DNA from: Catajapyx aquilonaris
Taxonomy: Eukaryota
Direction: 5' to 3'
Length of the DNA stretch: 64,000 nt
Assembly: GCA_000934665.2 (NCBI GenBank)
Contig: KZ538376.1
Location: 1-64,000, forward strand
Under the pieces are notes generated by a model that was not told the DNA's origin, searched no databases, and was given only the letters and a program-made list of their open reading frames with translations. Positions 30,110 to 42,915 of this stretch are shown in pieces (position 1 is the stretch's first letter; every line of letters begins with the position of its first letter). The position numbers were made by a program, and so were the translations under genes.

Positions 30110-30340
30110 TATTCTGCCGTCAGATGTGAGAAGACCGTAACTCAATGTGCACTTCCCCTTGCGGCGAGAAAAAAAGCAGTGGTACCAAAAGCACCCAATA
30201 GGTGGAGTTGGGGTGCCGTTCCTTTTTCCCCCTTCCCCCAACGCCACCTCTTGGATCCTTTCGGTAACACTTGCTTTCTTTTCTCGCCGCAAGGGAAGTG
30301 GATATTCAGTTACGGTCCTCTCACATCTGACGGCAGTATT
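30110..30340. mobile_element. palindromic MITE
   Basis: CTGCCGTCAGATGTGAGA...TCTCACATCTGACGGCAG, ~80-bp imperfect inverted arms. Confidence 0.75.
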
Positions 30341-31876
30341 AAGCTCTTTGTTTCTGATTATACTGTATAGTTATGTATTTGCAATGCATAATCTGACTAA
30401 GATTTCCTCCTCAGTTAATTTTCGTTGACCATCTTCAAGTCTAGTTTTCAGAAATGTTCTTGCTAGTCAGTTCTTGCTAGCCTTGATCTACAGTAATAAG
30501 ACTTACCGGTATTTCATGTTATACACACTACAGTATATTACATACTTTGCATAGAAAAATTTATTAAGGGCACGTTGTATGAATGAAAATTATGTCGGAT
30601 TGTGCATTGGGAATACTTATACACAATGGGCGATATTTCCTAATTTCCTTTGATACAACCGGCCCTATGTACACTATGACTGAACTACAAGGAGACATTA
30701 TACAATGGCAACAGTGATATTTGGGTCAAGTGCAATAGACAGTGCTCAATTTTTTGTGAAATAAATCATCATTGGAATCAATACTCCAACAAGTCCAACT
30801 TATCTAATTCATGGGGCTAATAAGAGAAAGGCTATGTCCAGAGGAGTTGTCGATATGAGTTGCCATTATAAGCAGGAAATTAGCCCATTTCTCTTGGGTG
30901 TTTGTCTTGTCATCATCAGCATCCGGGGCCTTGAATTCCGGACATTTTTTGCCCGGATTCTTCGCCAGAACTCCAGTCGCGCAGAAACTCTTGGGTTTTA
31001 ACATCTCCATTCTCGTTAACGCTGATTGTAAATGTGGAATTAATTGGATCACAAAATAATCAAGTTATACCCCGGTTGAATATTCCAATCCAGCATCTCA
31101 TTAGTCCAATATTGCAGTGCTTGAGGTTGCAATTTCCTTGTAGTGATCGCAATATTACACCCATTCGGTTTGCCTGTTTATTGGCAGTAAACGTCTTTAC
31201 TATAATGTTCACCTTCGGCTACCGAAAATTAACCTAGAATTTAGATTTCCTGAAATTTTACGCCCACAGTTTAAGTAACATAATGTGCAGCAAGAGGCAA
31301 TATTAGGGGCGGAAAAAAGCAGCAACTTTTGCTGTTGGGAACTTTTTATTTTAACATCCGGAACTAAATCCATTTCTCCTCCTTTTTTGGAAAACTTTTC
31401 AGTCCGCCAGGTTTCTTCTTCCCAAACTTTGGTCTCTTCTAAGTTTCGAAATTGTCGCGCTGGAGAAGGTGAGTGACTTTCGCAAATCCGTTTTTTATTC
31501 AGGCATTCTCGAGACGTAAGGGACGAATTTTAGGGTCATTTGGCTCTAGAACACTTTGTCACCTTTAGCTGGTCTTCAGTTCCTGAGTTAATTTCCGGCG
31601 CGGCGGAGCAAATTTTCAAAATTGTATTAGTTGAAAAGACATTCGTCAGAGGCATGATTTTGTTCGTATTTCACTCTACCCTGGATATTTCATCGCATGC
31701 TTACTAGGACGGGCTTAGCCGTTGCATTGCGCAGTTTCTGATATTCGTAAAGCGATGGTATTGATTGTTTATAGCCTAAGAAGTAACTTTTCCTTCGCCT
31801 GTCAGAGCGCTTAAGACCAAGTTTCATCAATTCAAATTAAGTGAAAATCTGATTATGCACTTTAAAAAGTTATACA

Positions 31877-32821
31877 TCTATAATATTAAAATTCTTGCGG
31901 TGTGTGTAAAGCCCTCTGATTGGTCCGCCCCCATATTGTTGTTACCGCCACGTTCCGATTGGCCCCCGCCCATTGTTACCTGGACGTATTGTTACCATGA
32001 CGCCTCCGATTGGCCCCCTTTCCGAGCATGCGCAATGGGTGGAAGAACGCCACAGTCGCTTGCTGGACGTCGACGAGGACACATCTCCTCTCCCGTGAAG
32101 ACCTCTTCACCCTTCCACCATCCTCCACCCACGTCTTCACGGTGACCTCACAACAGGGGAGGGGGAGAGGAGGGGGAAGGAGGCATGGTCGAATTATTGG
32201 AACATCGTAAACAATAAACCGGACATAGGCTAGGTCGGGATGTTGTTTATCAGTGGTGCCAACTACATGGACACTGAACACGGGGATAGGTCGAGAACGT
32301 CAAAAGAAAGTGTCGGGAAGAATGAAACCAGTGCAGTGGTTTGATCATCTAATACAAACACTGCCGAGTTCCCGCATGGACGTTTATAATAGGGGGGAGT
32401 TATGAGCAGTTAGAAAAACGTGGTCGGAAAGTGTGCATATAATTTAGACACATGTGTGCGAGTGTATGAGAGTATAGAGGCGGTAGAGGTTGTGAATTTC
32501 TGTTCATACAATAATTTGGGTTTTTTTAAATTCAAAAGGTATTGGTAGGCCTATGTTGAGGTGGGAAAATGCATATTTCCCAGCCAATGCAAAGCAAAGG
32601 TGGGATTGCAGATGGGTCGCAGGGTACAGAATCACGGATATGTGAATGCACGGAGGAACGAGTGGGGGTGTATGCATATGATTGGGGGATGGGCATCAAC
32701 ATTGGCTATAAATCCGAATCGATTAAAAATATGGCTGTAGGCCTAGAAAAAAGCGAGCGAAGCGAGTGGTTTTCTACGCCTGCGCCATAGAAAAATGCGA
32801 GCGTAGCGAGGGTTTTTCTAG
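31877..32821 (+). mobile_element. non-autonomous Helitron (uninterrupted copy)
   Basis: A|TCTATAATATTAAAAT ... GCGAGCGTAGCGAGGGTTTTTCTAG|T; no TSD. Confidence 0.88.
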
Positions 32822-35800
32822 TAATCATATATTTTCAAGAGTTGCTACAGCTGGGCATTTCTCCTTATCTAATCGGCTGTAGGGGTATGTAATGGAGAAG
32901 TTCTGTTTGTCTTGTCTATCTGCATGCCAAAGTTGGGAAGCCAGAGGCACGTACCAAACTTTGCATATTGATAGGTCACCATGACCAGGGAACGGTTGTA
33001 GAATGAGGGTGTGCCAACGAAATGCAATCATTCATACCAATTTTACACTTTTTCTGAAAGAACATTCACTTCGCTTTAACGAATTAAGGCAGAGAGAATA
33101 TAAGATTGAAAGGATAGTCAGACAGGGAGTCAAAAATAAAATGACAAAGAGGCTTCAAATGACAAATTAATAAATGTGCGACATTCAATAGCACATTGCA
33201 CATTATAATCACAACAAACTGAAAATTCCAAATTGTCGCATTAAATTATTGTCATTGTAGAAGGAATGTTTTACTTCTAACGGAAACCGTTTATATTAAA
33301 TACTTATTGACATTCTATCCTCCGTTCTCCACCTAGTTCAAGATATATTTTCCCAACTTGTCGAGCTTCCCACTGATTTTCCTGCCGCTCTCTTGGCTCA
33401 ATTTTCCATTGCTTTGTGTAAGTGGGAAGTAAATCCTGCACCGAATAATTTTACAAACGAACAAAGAACTGTAACACTAGCCATGTCGATTTTAAAGCCA
33501 AGTCAAACTTATATTATTTTGCTCATCATCTCTAAGGATCTTAGGGTAATTGTTCAAATGCACAGACTACAGTAAATTCAACCGCGTTACGATCGCAATC
33601 ACCATAACCTACGTTGTGGTGTGTTGGCACAACGTAAACCTCAGCTCTGAGTTTTTCATGTGTACAGAGGAAACAGCTAATTTGTAGAACGATTGCAATT
33701 ACAATAAATAAATTGAAATGTCGGTAATATTTGCAATATTTTCAAAAAGTGTGTGAATTTGTCACAGGCAAACTGTTCAGAAGCACTTCACCGACTGCCA
33801 GTATACAACCTTCCAAAATGACCATAAGTGCAACACGATATCATACACGCGTACATACACTGCACAAATAAATTGACTGGCACCACAAACTAGCAATCGA
33901 TAGTTGGGTGTATGTATGATACAAGCAAGCAGGTAATATGCAGGAGAGAAAAGGTGGGTTGGGTGCACAACCCATGACCTTTCAGCGCATAATTCTACCA
34001 GTATTTTTGGTGTAGTTATTACTCCCTCGGTGCAAATTCGCGCAGGGGGTGGGAGGAGGAAAAGGGAGGGATGGCAAGGGGAGAGGGGGGACCCGAAAAC
34101 TTTCCTGTGTAGGTTTGGGCTCCAGTGGCAGTGGCGCCTCTGCCTTTGTGGGCGTCGGATCTACGTACCTATCGCTCTATCTCTAGTCCTTTACATCCGA
34201 ACTATGATCAATGTGCTTATAGTGGCGTCTAAACTTCTTGAACTGACCTGATCATTTTTTTTTTCCATTGAATTTGGGTTGAACTTTCTGATACTTCTGG
34301 ACACTTTTCCTTTTTCTGGGTGGGAGGTGGGGAGGGGAGGGGAAAGGTGGGGGTGGGGGAGAGACAACCGCGTGCTACGAGTGGAGAAAATGTGTTCGGG
34401 TCTGCTGGAGAGTAGAGGTCACTTTAGCTATGCCAAGAGGTGACCGGTCGGAGGATTACACCTACTTACCTCATGACAGGTGAGCGTTCATTTATTATTC
34501 ACCTTCTGCTGAATGATTAACGGTAGTGTATGTTAAATGAACAATTTAATATTCCATTTGACACTGCTTTTAGCTAGTTGTAATATTGTGATTTTTAAAA
34601 ATAGCACCTGATGTGTACAGTACCTCGTATGTTTGCAGTAGTTCTTTGACTATAAGTAAATCAGTTTGGCCAGTATTAATTATCCAAAACAGCTTGCTTG
34701 ACTTGCGTTACATTGATCCAATTGCATCACTAAGCAACATTGACATCATTTTTTATCCAGTTACAAGTTAAATTTATATACCTAGAAATATGGTTTACAA
34801 AAAAAGCAATAAAAAAGTTCTGTAGTTGTAGATTTTAATTCACATGCTGTACCTTTCCAGTCTAGAGAATGATTTGATTGAACAGCATAAGTCTTGTTGA
34901 AGGGAAAGTTTGAGGATCGATAAATTAGCTACACAATGAATTCTTTAGCAGCAACAGCGGCAATGTTTTCACTCGGCTGGGTAAGCTGGAATGGAGGAAA
35001 AAACCAGGAAAATAATTAAATTGCCGAAAAATTACGCCGGATTAATAGTGCATTTTTGGATTAAAAGGTAGCTTTGAACTTTTGCAAACGCATAACAGAT
35101 TTAATGCCCTGTAATGCCATTTTGTAAAGCCCTTTCAGAGATTTGTCTTTTGCTGAACTACTCGTTGAATCATATCCTACGTGTAAAATCCCAGCTAAAT
35201 TTATGCATTGCCTCAACACTGTAGCATGCAATGTGGACCATCCAATTATTGGGCAATGCAGCGTAAAATAACGTGGTTTCATTTTAATATGATTTTTGTG
35301 CCTTCAATAGCTTATGGACAGCCCTATTGTCAAAAAATGCGGCCTCCCCTACTACAACATGGACTGGACTACTACACTATAGGCATGTAGTCAAATTTTA
35401 CAATATAAGCCTGATAAAGCGTGCAAAAAATGGGCCAAGGTGGAAGCTCAAACGAAATCCATCCCGTCTACCCCTGATTCAAAAACTGACCGCCAGCATA
35501 AGCGATCTCGTTATATTTTAACCCGAACATACAACCTTTTTGGACGCTCAAGCTGGTTTAGTCATTAAGGGATTTAGGGGGGCTTGTAAATACCAGGCAT
35601 AGCGGAAATATTAAATTTGGTTCAGCCCCAGACAATCCTTTTTTTCAGGGTTGTGTCACTAAAACCTGCATCCGATGCTAGGCTTGCATTCGAGAGTCGA
35701 TTTTTCTATTTCGTGCTACTATAAAACAAGAATATAAAAAAATATCGCAACTCGGGCTGAATGCCAGCTGGGGCAGACCTAAGAATGGCCTTGACGTTGT

Positions 35801-37358
35801 AGTCTGTCACTATCAGCAAAAACTATCCGCAGACTGGTCTGAGGAACTTTCTTCTTTTTTTGGTTACTAGTCGATCTCCTGAGAAGCTTTCCAGATTTTT
35901 GGGTTCCAACTGGGAAAGTTCCAACCAAGGAGTTACTAGCATTACGACGTGTCAACCGTTCTGCTCGATGGAAGTAATGCTTTCCAACTGACCATCATTG
36001 ATTTTATTCCTCCATTACCATTGCCGGAATTGCCGTATCTTTCATGGGAGACGTTTCGGGCCAGTCCTATATCATCCGACATATTTTCAGCGTAGGTCCA
36101 TGTAAATGATGGCCACTAGTGGTAACGATTGTTCAATATGATTCAATAGCATATTTTTAAATGCACTAACATATTACGGGGTAGTCATGATATTAATCCA
36201 TATATGCCTGACGGCCTATATATGTACGGTTGTTAGATTTTTAGTTATTGTTGTTAGTTCTTCATTTACTCATAAACAAAAAAATATTGAAAAAATTGAC
36301 CAAAAAATAATTCAGGCATATTACGAGCCTGATATTAGGCAGTGGCTTTGAGACTTGGTCGCTTGAATGAAAATTGCTACAATTTGGCGGCATCAGGTTG
36401 AACTGCTCTATATGCAAATGAGTCAGGCAAAACTCCGCATCAATCATTGGAGTGAGAGGTGTGCAATCCCTCCGCAGCCGTAACAACCAGCAATCTGGTC
36501 CGCAAACGAGTGCAAAGTAGCGTCAAATCCATGCTGTCCCCCAGCGGACATGAAAAGCCAACGAGCATTTTCTTGAACTATGCGAGTCAATAGATCGTTC
36601 CGGACGGGCATTAATTGCGCAAAATTAAATCGATCGTGGCAATCATCTGGCTCGATAATCGGGTGTTAATCGCTGCTGGGCTCTCCCCCGATTTGCCTCG
36701 TGTGAACGCAGCCATTCCCGCCAACACGCCCAAAAACGAGCTCGGATTTGCAAGTCAGCTGTTCTCACACCCAATCCGCTCTTTTTCCCCCAATTCCAGA
36801 TGGCCAACTGGAAATATCTAAGCTGCCAACCATACCGTGCATTTTTGATTCTGGTTCATTCATCATCATCAGGCAGAAGCTGCCTGTCAAGGTGCCTACT
36901 TGAGCGTAATCCGGACTCGACCCATCATTCATGCCCGTGGCAGAAATTCGACCAAAAGTCTGCAGACGACTCTTTAGGACATGTGTCCGGGTGTCATTTT
37001 GGGGAAGATACAACTTCATGATCCGGCCCAGGGTCATGCTGATGTCCAAAATCAACGTAATTGACAATTATTTTGACGCCAATAGTGGTATTGGACATAA
37101 CGCTAACTATGCTTTATGCGCATATTTGATATGTTTAGCGGCTTTTATTCGGATAAGTTACAAATCATAAACGAGCCGAGCACGCGGTTAGTGTCAAATG
37201 CTTTTATGCCAGACATTTGTGTATACGTTGTGGTTAGTATCCACCAATCATCACGGCCCTGCACTGATTTGATGGATTCTAACCACAACGTCCCAAGGAC
37301 AAAGACAACTACGCGACGTGAAACATCGCATGCAGTACTGTACATGTTTATTAACTAA

Positions 37359-37606
37359 CTAGCTGCGGCACCCGGAGTTGCCCGGGAAGAAATGAATGAA
37401 GGGAAAACACCTGCCAGTACCCCCGTCAACTGTCTGTCTTTCTGTGTGTCCGCCCACCAATGCCATCTGTGGTCGTGCTACTCCAACACCTTCAACCTCT
37501 CCCGCCTGTATAACGGCAACCGTCGTTTGCCTGCCATCTGTAGTCAACCCCCAACACCGGTTGGCTGGCGGCCAGACAGACTCACAAGCGGCTTTATTTA
37601 TATAGA
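37359..37606 (-). mobile_element. short non-autonomous Helitron (second family)
   Basis: A|TCTATATAAATAAAG ... hairpin CCCGGGCAACTCCGGG, then GCAGCTAG|T. Confidence 0.88.
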
Positions 37607-39807
37607 TAATATAGTTATTTTATACCCTGCATACATATAACTGAAAAAATGTTTGAATAGTTTTGTCGACCCATTACATAATCATTAATTCAACGTTTGT
37701 GATCAGTTTAATATATCCGAGCAAACAAAATCCCGCCGTGCCCATTTTGAGCTACTCTTTGACACTCCCCCAAAATAGTGTTGAACCCCCCCCCCCCTCA
37801 CCCATAATTAGTAGCCGCCTATAAATTTCCTGGAGCGAACGTGGCGGAAACTGCAAATTCCCATCAGTGCCGTTTCAAAGCGATTACGAATCAATTTCCA
37901 GATCAACACGAGGCGAGACCCACCACCACCCTTGCCAACACACCCCCCCCCCACCCCCCAAACAGTCTCAAAACCCTGTAATGAAATCCGGTTTGGCGGA
38001 AAAGCGCGAAAGTTTGAGCAGGGCGCGTCCAACTTGAAATAAGGTTTAAACGCGCCCTTTAATGATGTCATCTCGAGCCCTCAGAGGTGCCCACTTTTAG
38101 GGGGGGATCCTCTACAGATGTGACACTCTTGTGGTGTCCCCAAACGCGACGTGCTTTTTTTTCAGTGGTAAGGGGGATGGGATAGGGCGTTATATTTGCG
38201 AGGGAAGGAACTGGAGACAAATTCAATTATTCCGGGCTACTTGGCCCAAGGAAACTGCAGCAGGGCAGCCATCCAAGATTGGAACAAGTGCAAAGGGGAG
38301 GGATGCCTACCCTTCACAAAAGGCGCACTGGAGGAGATGATCCCTTTTTCCCGAAGCCTCGTCTTCATTCTAGAGTTTAGCAGTCACCCAACGGATATGT
38401 AAGCCCAAACCCTTTTAAAAATGTGGTGGATCATTTCGCCCAGGAAATTTGTGGAGGATTTAAAAAAAACGTAAAACAGTACAAAAGCAGACCGGAACTG
38501 CAGGAGTCCAAAATGGAAACATCATCCGGAGAAAAGTTGGCTAATGAGCACCCGTATCTGGGTTGGAGATCCAGACTCAATTTGCATATCCGATAATCGC
38601 ATTGGCCAAGCCACCTGAATCCAACGCTTTTTTTTCTAACAATTTATTTTTCGGATTCGGATGGAGTGTCAGTAAATTATCTTGAGACTTATAATTCGAG
38701 TTTAAAGTGGAATATTAATATCCGATTACCTAGTAACATTATGTACTAGAAAATAGCTTATTACAAAGCTGCTTAAGAGGAAAAATTGTAACGGACACCT
38801 CAATGGAACACTGTTGGTGTAATGCCATTCCACATAGTGTTTCAGAAAACATTTTCGGATAAAACATGTTTCCAAAATAATGAGCTTGCACAGTAAAACT
38901 ATAGCAAAAACTACAATTGGATGTCGAATATATCTGCAATTTTTTACGGACCAAGTGACTAGGCTTTGACGGTGGTCAAGATATATAAAATGGTTTGTGT
39001 GGGTGTAAGTTTGGGGGAACTTTGTATTATCGCCGAAGGAGGGACATAAAAAAAACTGAAAGAAGTATGGCGAAGAAAGAGGAGGAAAGGCTTTGAGCTG
39101 CAGTGAAAAGACAGACCTACACAAAGGAGATAGATTTAGATCACTGAAGGGGAAAGGACCCTAATAACTCTCCGGTCTTTTGAGGCCCACCACGTTTATC
39201 TGACAGTATACACTGAGAAAAAGGCAAAGAATTATGAACATCGACTTATCTCTCCAACGGCGATGAAAGAATCACAGGGCATGGATTGCCATTGCTATCC
39301 AATAATTATTGAAATCCAAACAAAATCATTTTGTAACCCGCTTGTTTGTAGGAGTGAATTACAGATTTGTACACTGTGTTCCGACTGAAGTGACCCTAGT
39401 TGTTAGAGATTTTTGCAGACTAAGCTGCTAATTTTTTAAGTTACTTCCTGCATGAAACTTTTTACGGTTATAAAAATAGCACATATGAATTTACGCATAC
39501 ATCTGTTTCATAAGGTTTATGAGAATAATTTATTATTGGTGAGTGAAAGTACTGGTGTAGGCCTACAGTTTGTTTATTTTTTGGGGGGATAAAACAGCTA
39601 AGAAGCTGATTAAACTTTGGAGTAACAATCTACATTTTTAAATAACTCAAATTAAAATGATTTTAAGCGTACTGAGCGGACCTGTAGTTGTCAATCGATG
39701 GCTTTAACTCAAATGCTTGCATCGCTGTGAGGGGCCTGACACTTAGCGTTGAGCGCCACCTGTTATCCCTGCAAATGACATTTTTTTTATTGGAAATGAG
39801 TTGGTCT

Positions 39808-40242
39808 TTATACCCACATTGGATAAATGGATCCCACCTTTGCACTGGTCTGCTTTCTGACTCCCTGTGATTCTTGACGTCTTTTCTTCCTCAAGGCCTT
39901 CCTCCTGATGGCTTCGATACGATTGAACACGTACCACGGGTACTTCTTCTTGAGGTTAAGCTCGGCCACCTTCACTAGGGCATAGTATCGGGCCTCTTTA
40001 GCCTTGTCCATCCACTTACACATTCGGCCGAGGCGGTAGCAGATTTTCAAAAAGCTCGCATTAGCTGCACGCACAGCGGCCACAGCCTGGCGGTACTTCC
40101 TCGCAAACAGGTAGGCATTGTGAGGGCGAGGTATGTATGGAGTCATCGTAGACTGAGAACTGGCATCATGGGTTAAGGGCACAAAACGGCTGCTCCTCCC
40201 TGGGTTGATACGGTCGTCATTGACTTGGGAAATCGCCTCTAC
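39808..40242 (-). CDS. divergent sequence-specific (SOX/TCF/MATA-type) HMG-box protein, main exon; may be a pseudogene
   Basis: IPRPHNAYLFARKYRQAV...ICYRLGRMCKWMDKAKEARYYAL...KKKYPWYVF followed by a basic tail RRKALRKKRR; pyrimidine tract plus AAG acceptor at 40243; AATAAA downstream (39529-39534). Confidence 0.75.
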   Translation of the reverse strand, partial: VEAISQVNDDRINPGRSSRFVPLTHDASSQSTMTPYIPRPHNAYLFARKYRQAVAAVRAANASFLKICYRLGRMCKWMDKAKEARYYALVKVAELNLKKKYPWYVFNRIEAIRRKALRKKRRQESQGVRKQTSAKVGSIYPMWV

Positions 40243-40294
40243 CTTGTGGATGGAAGAAGGGAAGATGAGCATTAAAGCAATGATATATTGCTCA

Positions 40295-40757
40295 AAACCG
40301 AAGCAGGTTGGTGGAGTGGACAAGGCGTCCGACTGCTAATCGGGAGGTCCTGGGTTCGAGTCCCGGGCCGGCGATCCTGGCCGTGGTTTTCTGTGGTTTC
40401 CCACGGTCCTCCCAGGAAAATGCCGGGGTCGCTTCCGTAAATAATAGGCCACAGCCGCCCCCTTCCTTTCCTATCCTTGACCCATCCATGGGGAGGTGCG
40501 GTGTCGGTGGGTGGTTTCTGACCCGCACTATACTGACCTATAGGGGGTTGTCTTGCAACCTGACCCCCTGGGGGACTGCACACGACCCCCAACATAAAGA
40601 CAACGCGCTTTCACCAGTGTCCCCTCCTCACAAATCCCTATCCTGATCCCTGCACCGGAGAGAAAAATGCGAAAGAAATATTCGTAAGAAAAATGGTGGT
40701 AATCCACCTCCCCTAAAAGGGCTCCGTTCCCTCCAATGGGGTAAACAATACTAAAAG
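40295..40757 (+). mobile_element. tRNA-derived SINE, family B (long variant)
   Basis: 13-bp TSD GATATATTGCTCA; head TGGTGGAGTGG...CCGACTGCTAATCGG...GGTTCGAGTCCC. Confidence 0.9.
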
Positions 40758-41242
40758 GATATATTGCTCATAAAGATGGAGACAACCAAATATCAAATCG
40801 TCTAGTAGGCTACATAAGATATTTCAATTTCATTTCTGTGACACAGTTCCACTGGGGAGGAGATATGCTTGATACCTGTCTACAACATGTCTCTCCATGG
40901 AGACAGCAAATTGTAAACAGCTAGTCGATTTTTTGCCCTACTGCTAGTTAGCCACTGGTACTTCTTTCAAAATCTCCTAATCATGGAGACACATGATAGA
41001 GCTTAATAGGAGAAGACAGACTATATCAGAAGCAGGCTGCTAGCAGAACCTTAACAGAGGACGAAAGACACTCTGTCTTGACTTTGTGCCAAACGCATCT
41101 TGCCCGCATTGTGAAAGCACCTAAAGTAACATTATTGGGGCCATTCAAGCTTCAAAAAAGGTTTTGTGAACAGAACATGTTACAAAAACATTATTCAATC
41201 AATCAATGCATCACTACTATTCCCTAAAAAAGGGCCTGATAG

Positions 41243-41393
41243 CGATGTGCGAGAAAGTAATCCCTCCTCGGCTTTTATGGAGACTGCTATATTTCAGATC
41301 ATTTTCTCTCCTGCTGAGATGAACAAGACCGTCGTTTATAATTTCGGGCTTTCTGTCGGCATCAAATTGCTTCACCTTTCTTTGTGGACTCAT
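41243..41393 (+). repeat. ~150-bp direct repeat, copy 1
   Basis: Nearly identical to 44330-44478. Confidence 0.9.
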
Positions 41394-41424
41394 AGGAAAC
41401 ATAAGTCAATGATTACATGCTTAC

Positions 41425-41517
41425 AGTTGCAGATAGTTTTTCTTCAGCGTCTGTGTTGTCATTCTCGAAGGCCAGGGTGACTTGCGCACCGAGGCGGGTT
41501 TGCTCATTCAGCTTCAT
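41425..41517 (-). CDS. putative upstream coding exon of the HMG-box gene (MKLNEQTRLGAQVTLAFENDNTDAEEKLSAT)
   Basis: ATG preceded by an in-frame TGA; donor ACT|gtaagc, phase 0, joins in frame to 40242, giving 175 aa. Confidence 0.45.
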
Positions 41518-42394
41518 GATGTCTCAGTTAGACCAAGAGGACTGCCTTACTGCTGGCTGGCCTCCATCTTCACACGTCAACTAGAAGCATTCAGGAGCTA
41601 GAATGATGCGGACTGTTGTGTGATATTATTGTGGTGACATTCCAAATTGTTGCTGGGGCAACGGTATTCGCTTGTTTCCCAGGGGGCAGAATGAGGCGGA
41701 GTGGAGGGTGGCACTGTTTTGTTGACGTTGCCTCGCATTATGTCGCATTCAAAATTAGGCGTTGCATTTATTGGAATTTCAAAAACGGCCGGGATTTGCA
41801 AAAAAAATGGAAGGAGATTAACAAAATTTGAAATGGCGCCCAACCTCGCACCAGTATAAGCCAACTTTTCGTCCATTTAAAAATGCCGCATTAAAAAATG
41901 ATGGCGGATGTTGAACAGGTCGGGATGATTTCGCTTCTGAAACCGATATATAATTATGCATTATACATGTTCAAATGTTCATTTTAATAATATATTGTAT
42001 CCCTGCACATTCTCATTGAGGCTTATCATTTAAATGTTTCCATAAAATAACATGTAATAAGAGAGCCTACTTTGTTTCTGTCCAACAAAAACCAAAATTC
42101 TTTTTATGAATCTAATCAGAAAGCAATGAGGACAAAAGTGTTGTGTAAAATCACGTTTCAAGTGTCGTGTAAGTCACGAAAAAAATAATTTATTTCTTGT
42201 AAAATTAATAACATAACACCAAGTTCACATAATATTATTTGAATTTGGGTCTTTGAAAATATCCTCACCCCAATAACACTAACATTAAAGTCATAAATGT
42301 GAAGAATTTTATATTCATATCTGATGTCTCTGTTACCAGTGGCTTTCTTGTCGTGCAAGTCACAAATTCCGTTGTATATTTATATAACTCAAAT

Positions 42395-42685
42395 AACCGA
42401 AGCAGGTTGGCATAGTGGATAAGGCGTCCGACAGCTAATCGGGAGGTCCTGGGTTCGAATCCCGGGACCGGCAACTCTGACCGTGGTTTTCTGTGGTTTC
42501 CCACGGTCCTTCCAGGGAAATTCCGGAGTTGCTTCCGTAATTAATAGGCCACAGCCGCTTTCCTTCCGTCCCTGTCCTATCCCAATGAGCACAGTAAAAT
42601 GAAAGCAAAGAGTTCCAGCCGAAACAAACTTCCCCCCTAAAGAGCCGATGGCTGATAACGGGGTATGAATTATTATTATTATTAT
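42395..42685 (+). mobile_element. tRNA-derived SINE, family B
   Basis: TSD TATAACTCAAAT; B box GGTTCGAATCCC; (ATT)n tail. Confidence 0.9.
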
Positions 42686-42849
42686 TATAACTCAAATGAA
42701 ATGTGCAACTGTTAAAATCAAAACATTAATTAACACTGCCTATTTCTGTTTAAACACCCTTTCCTTAAATGCTAAGTTTGTGCTTTAAAGAATTAAAAGT
42801 TAGGCATAAACTGTGTGTCATGTCGTGTAAGTCACGAATGGAATTATCC

Positions 42850-42914
<65 letters not shown>
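42850..42914. repeat. (AAT)n microsatellite
   Basis: Seen directly. Confidence 0.95.

Positions 42915-42915
<1 letters not shown>

Noticed and set aside
36260..37350. Possible transposase or gene remnant
   Set aside because: Many short ORFs, but no motif I can assign and no defined ends
40297..40375. tRNA-Ser(GCT) gene (also 42396 and 5850-5923)
   Set aside because: No long variable arm or good acceptor stem; continues into a SINE body with TSDs
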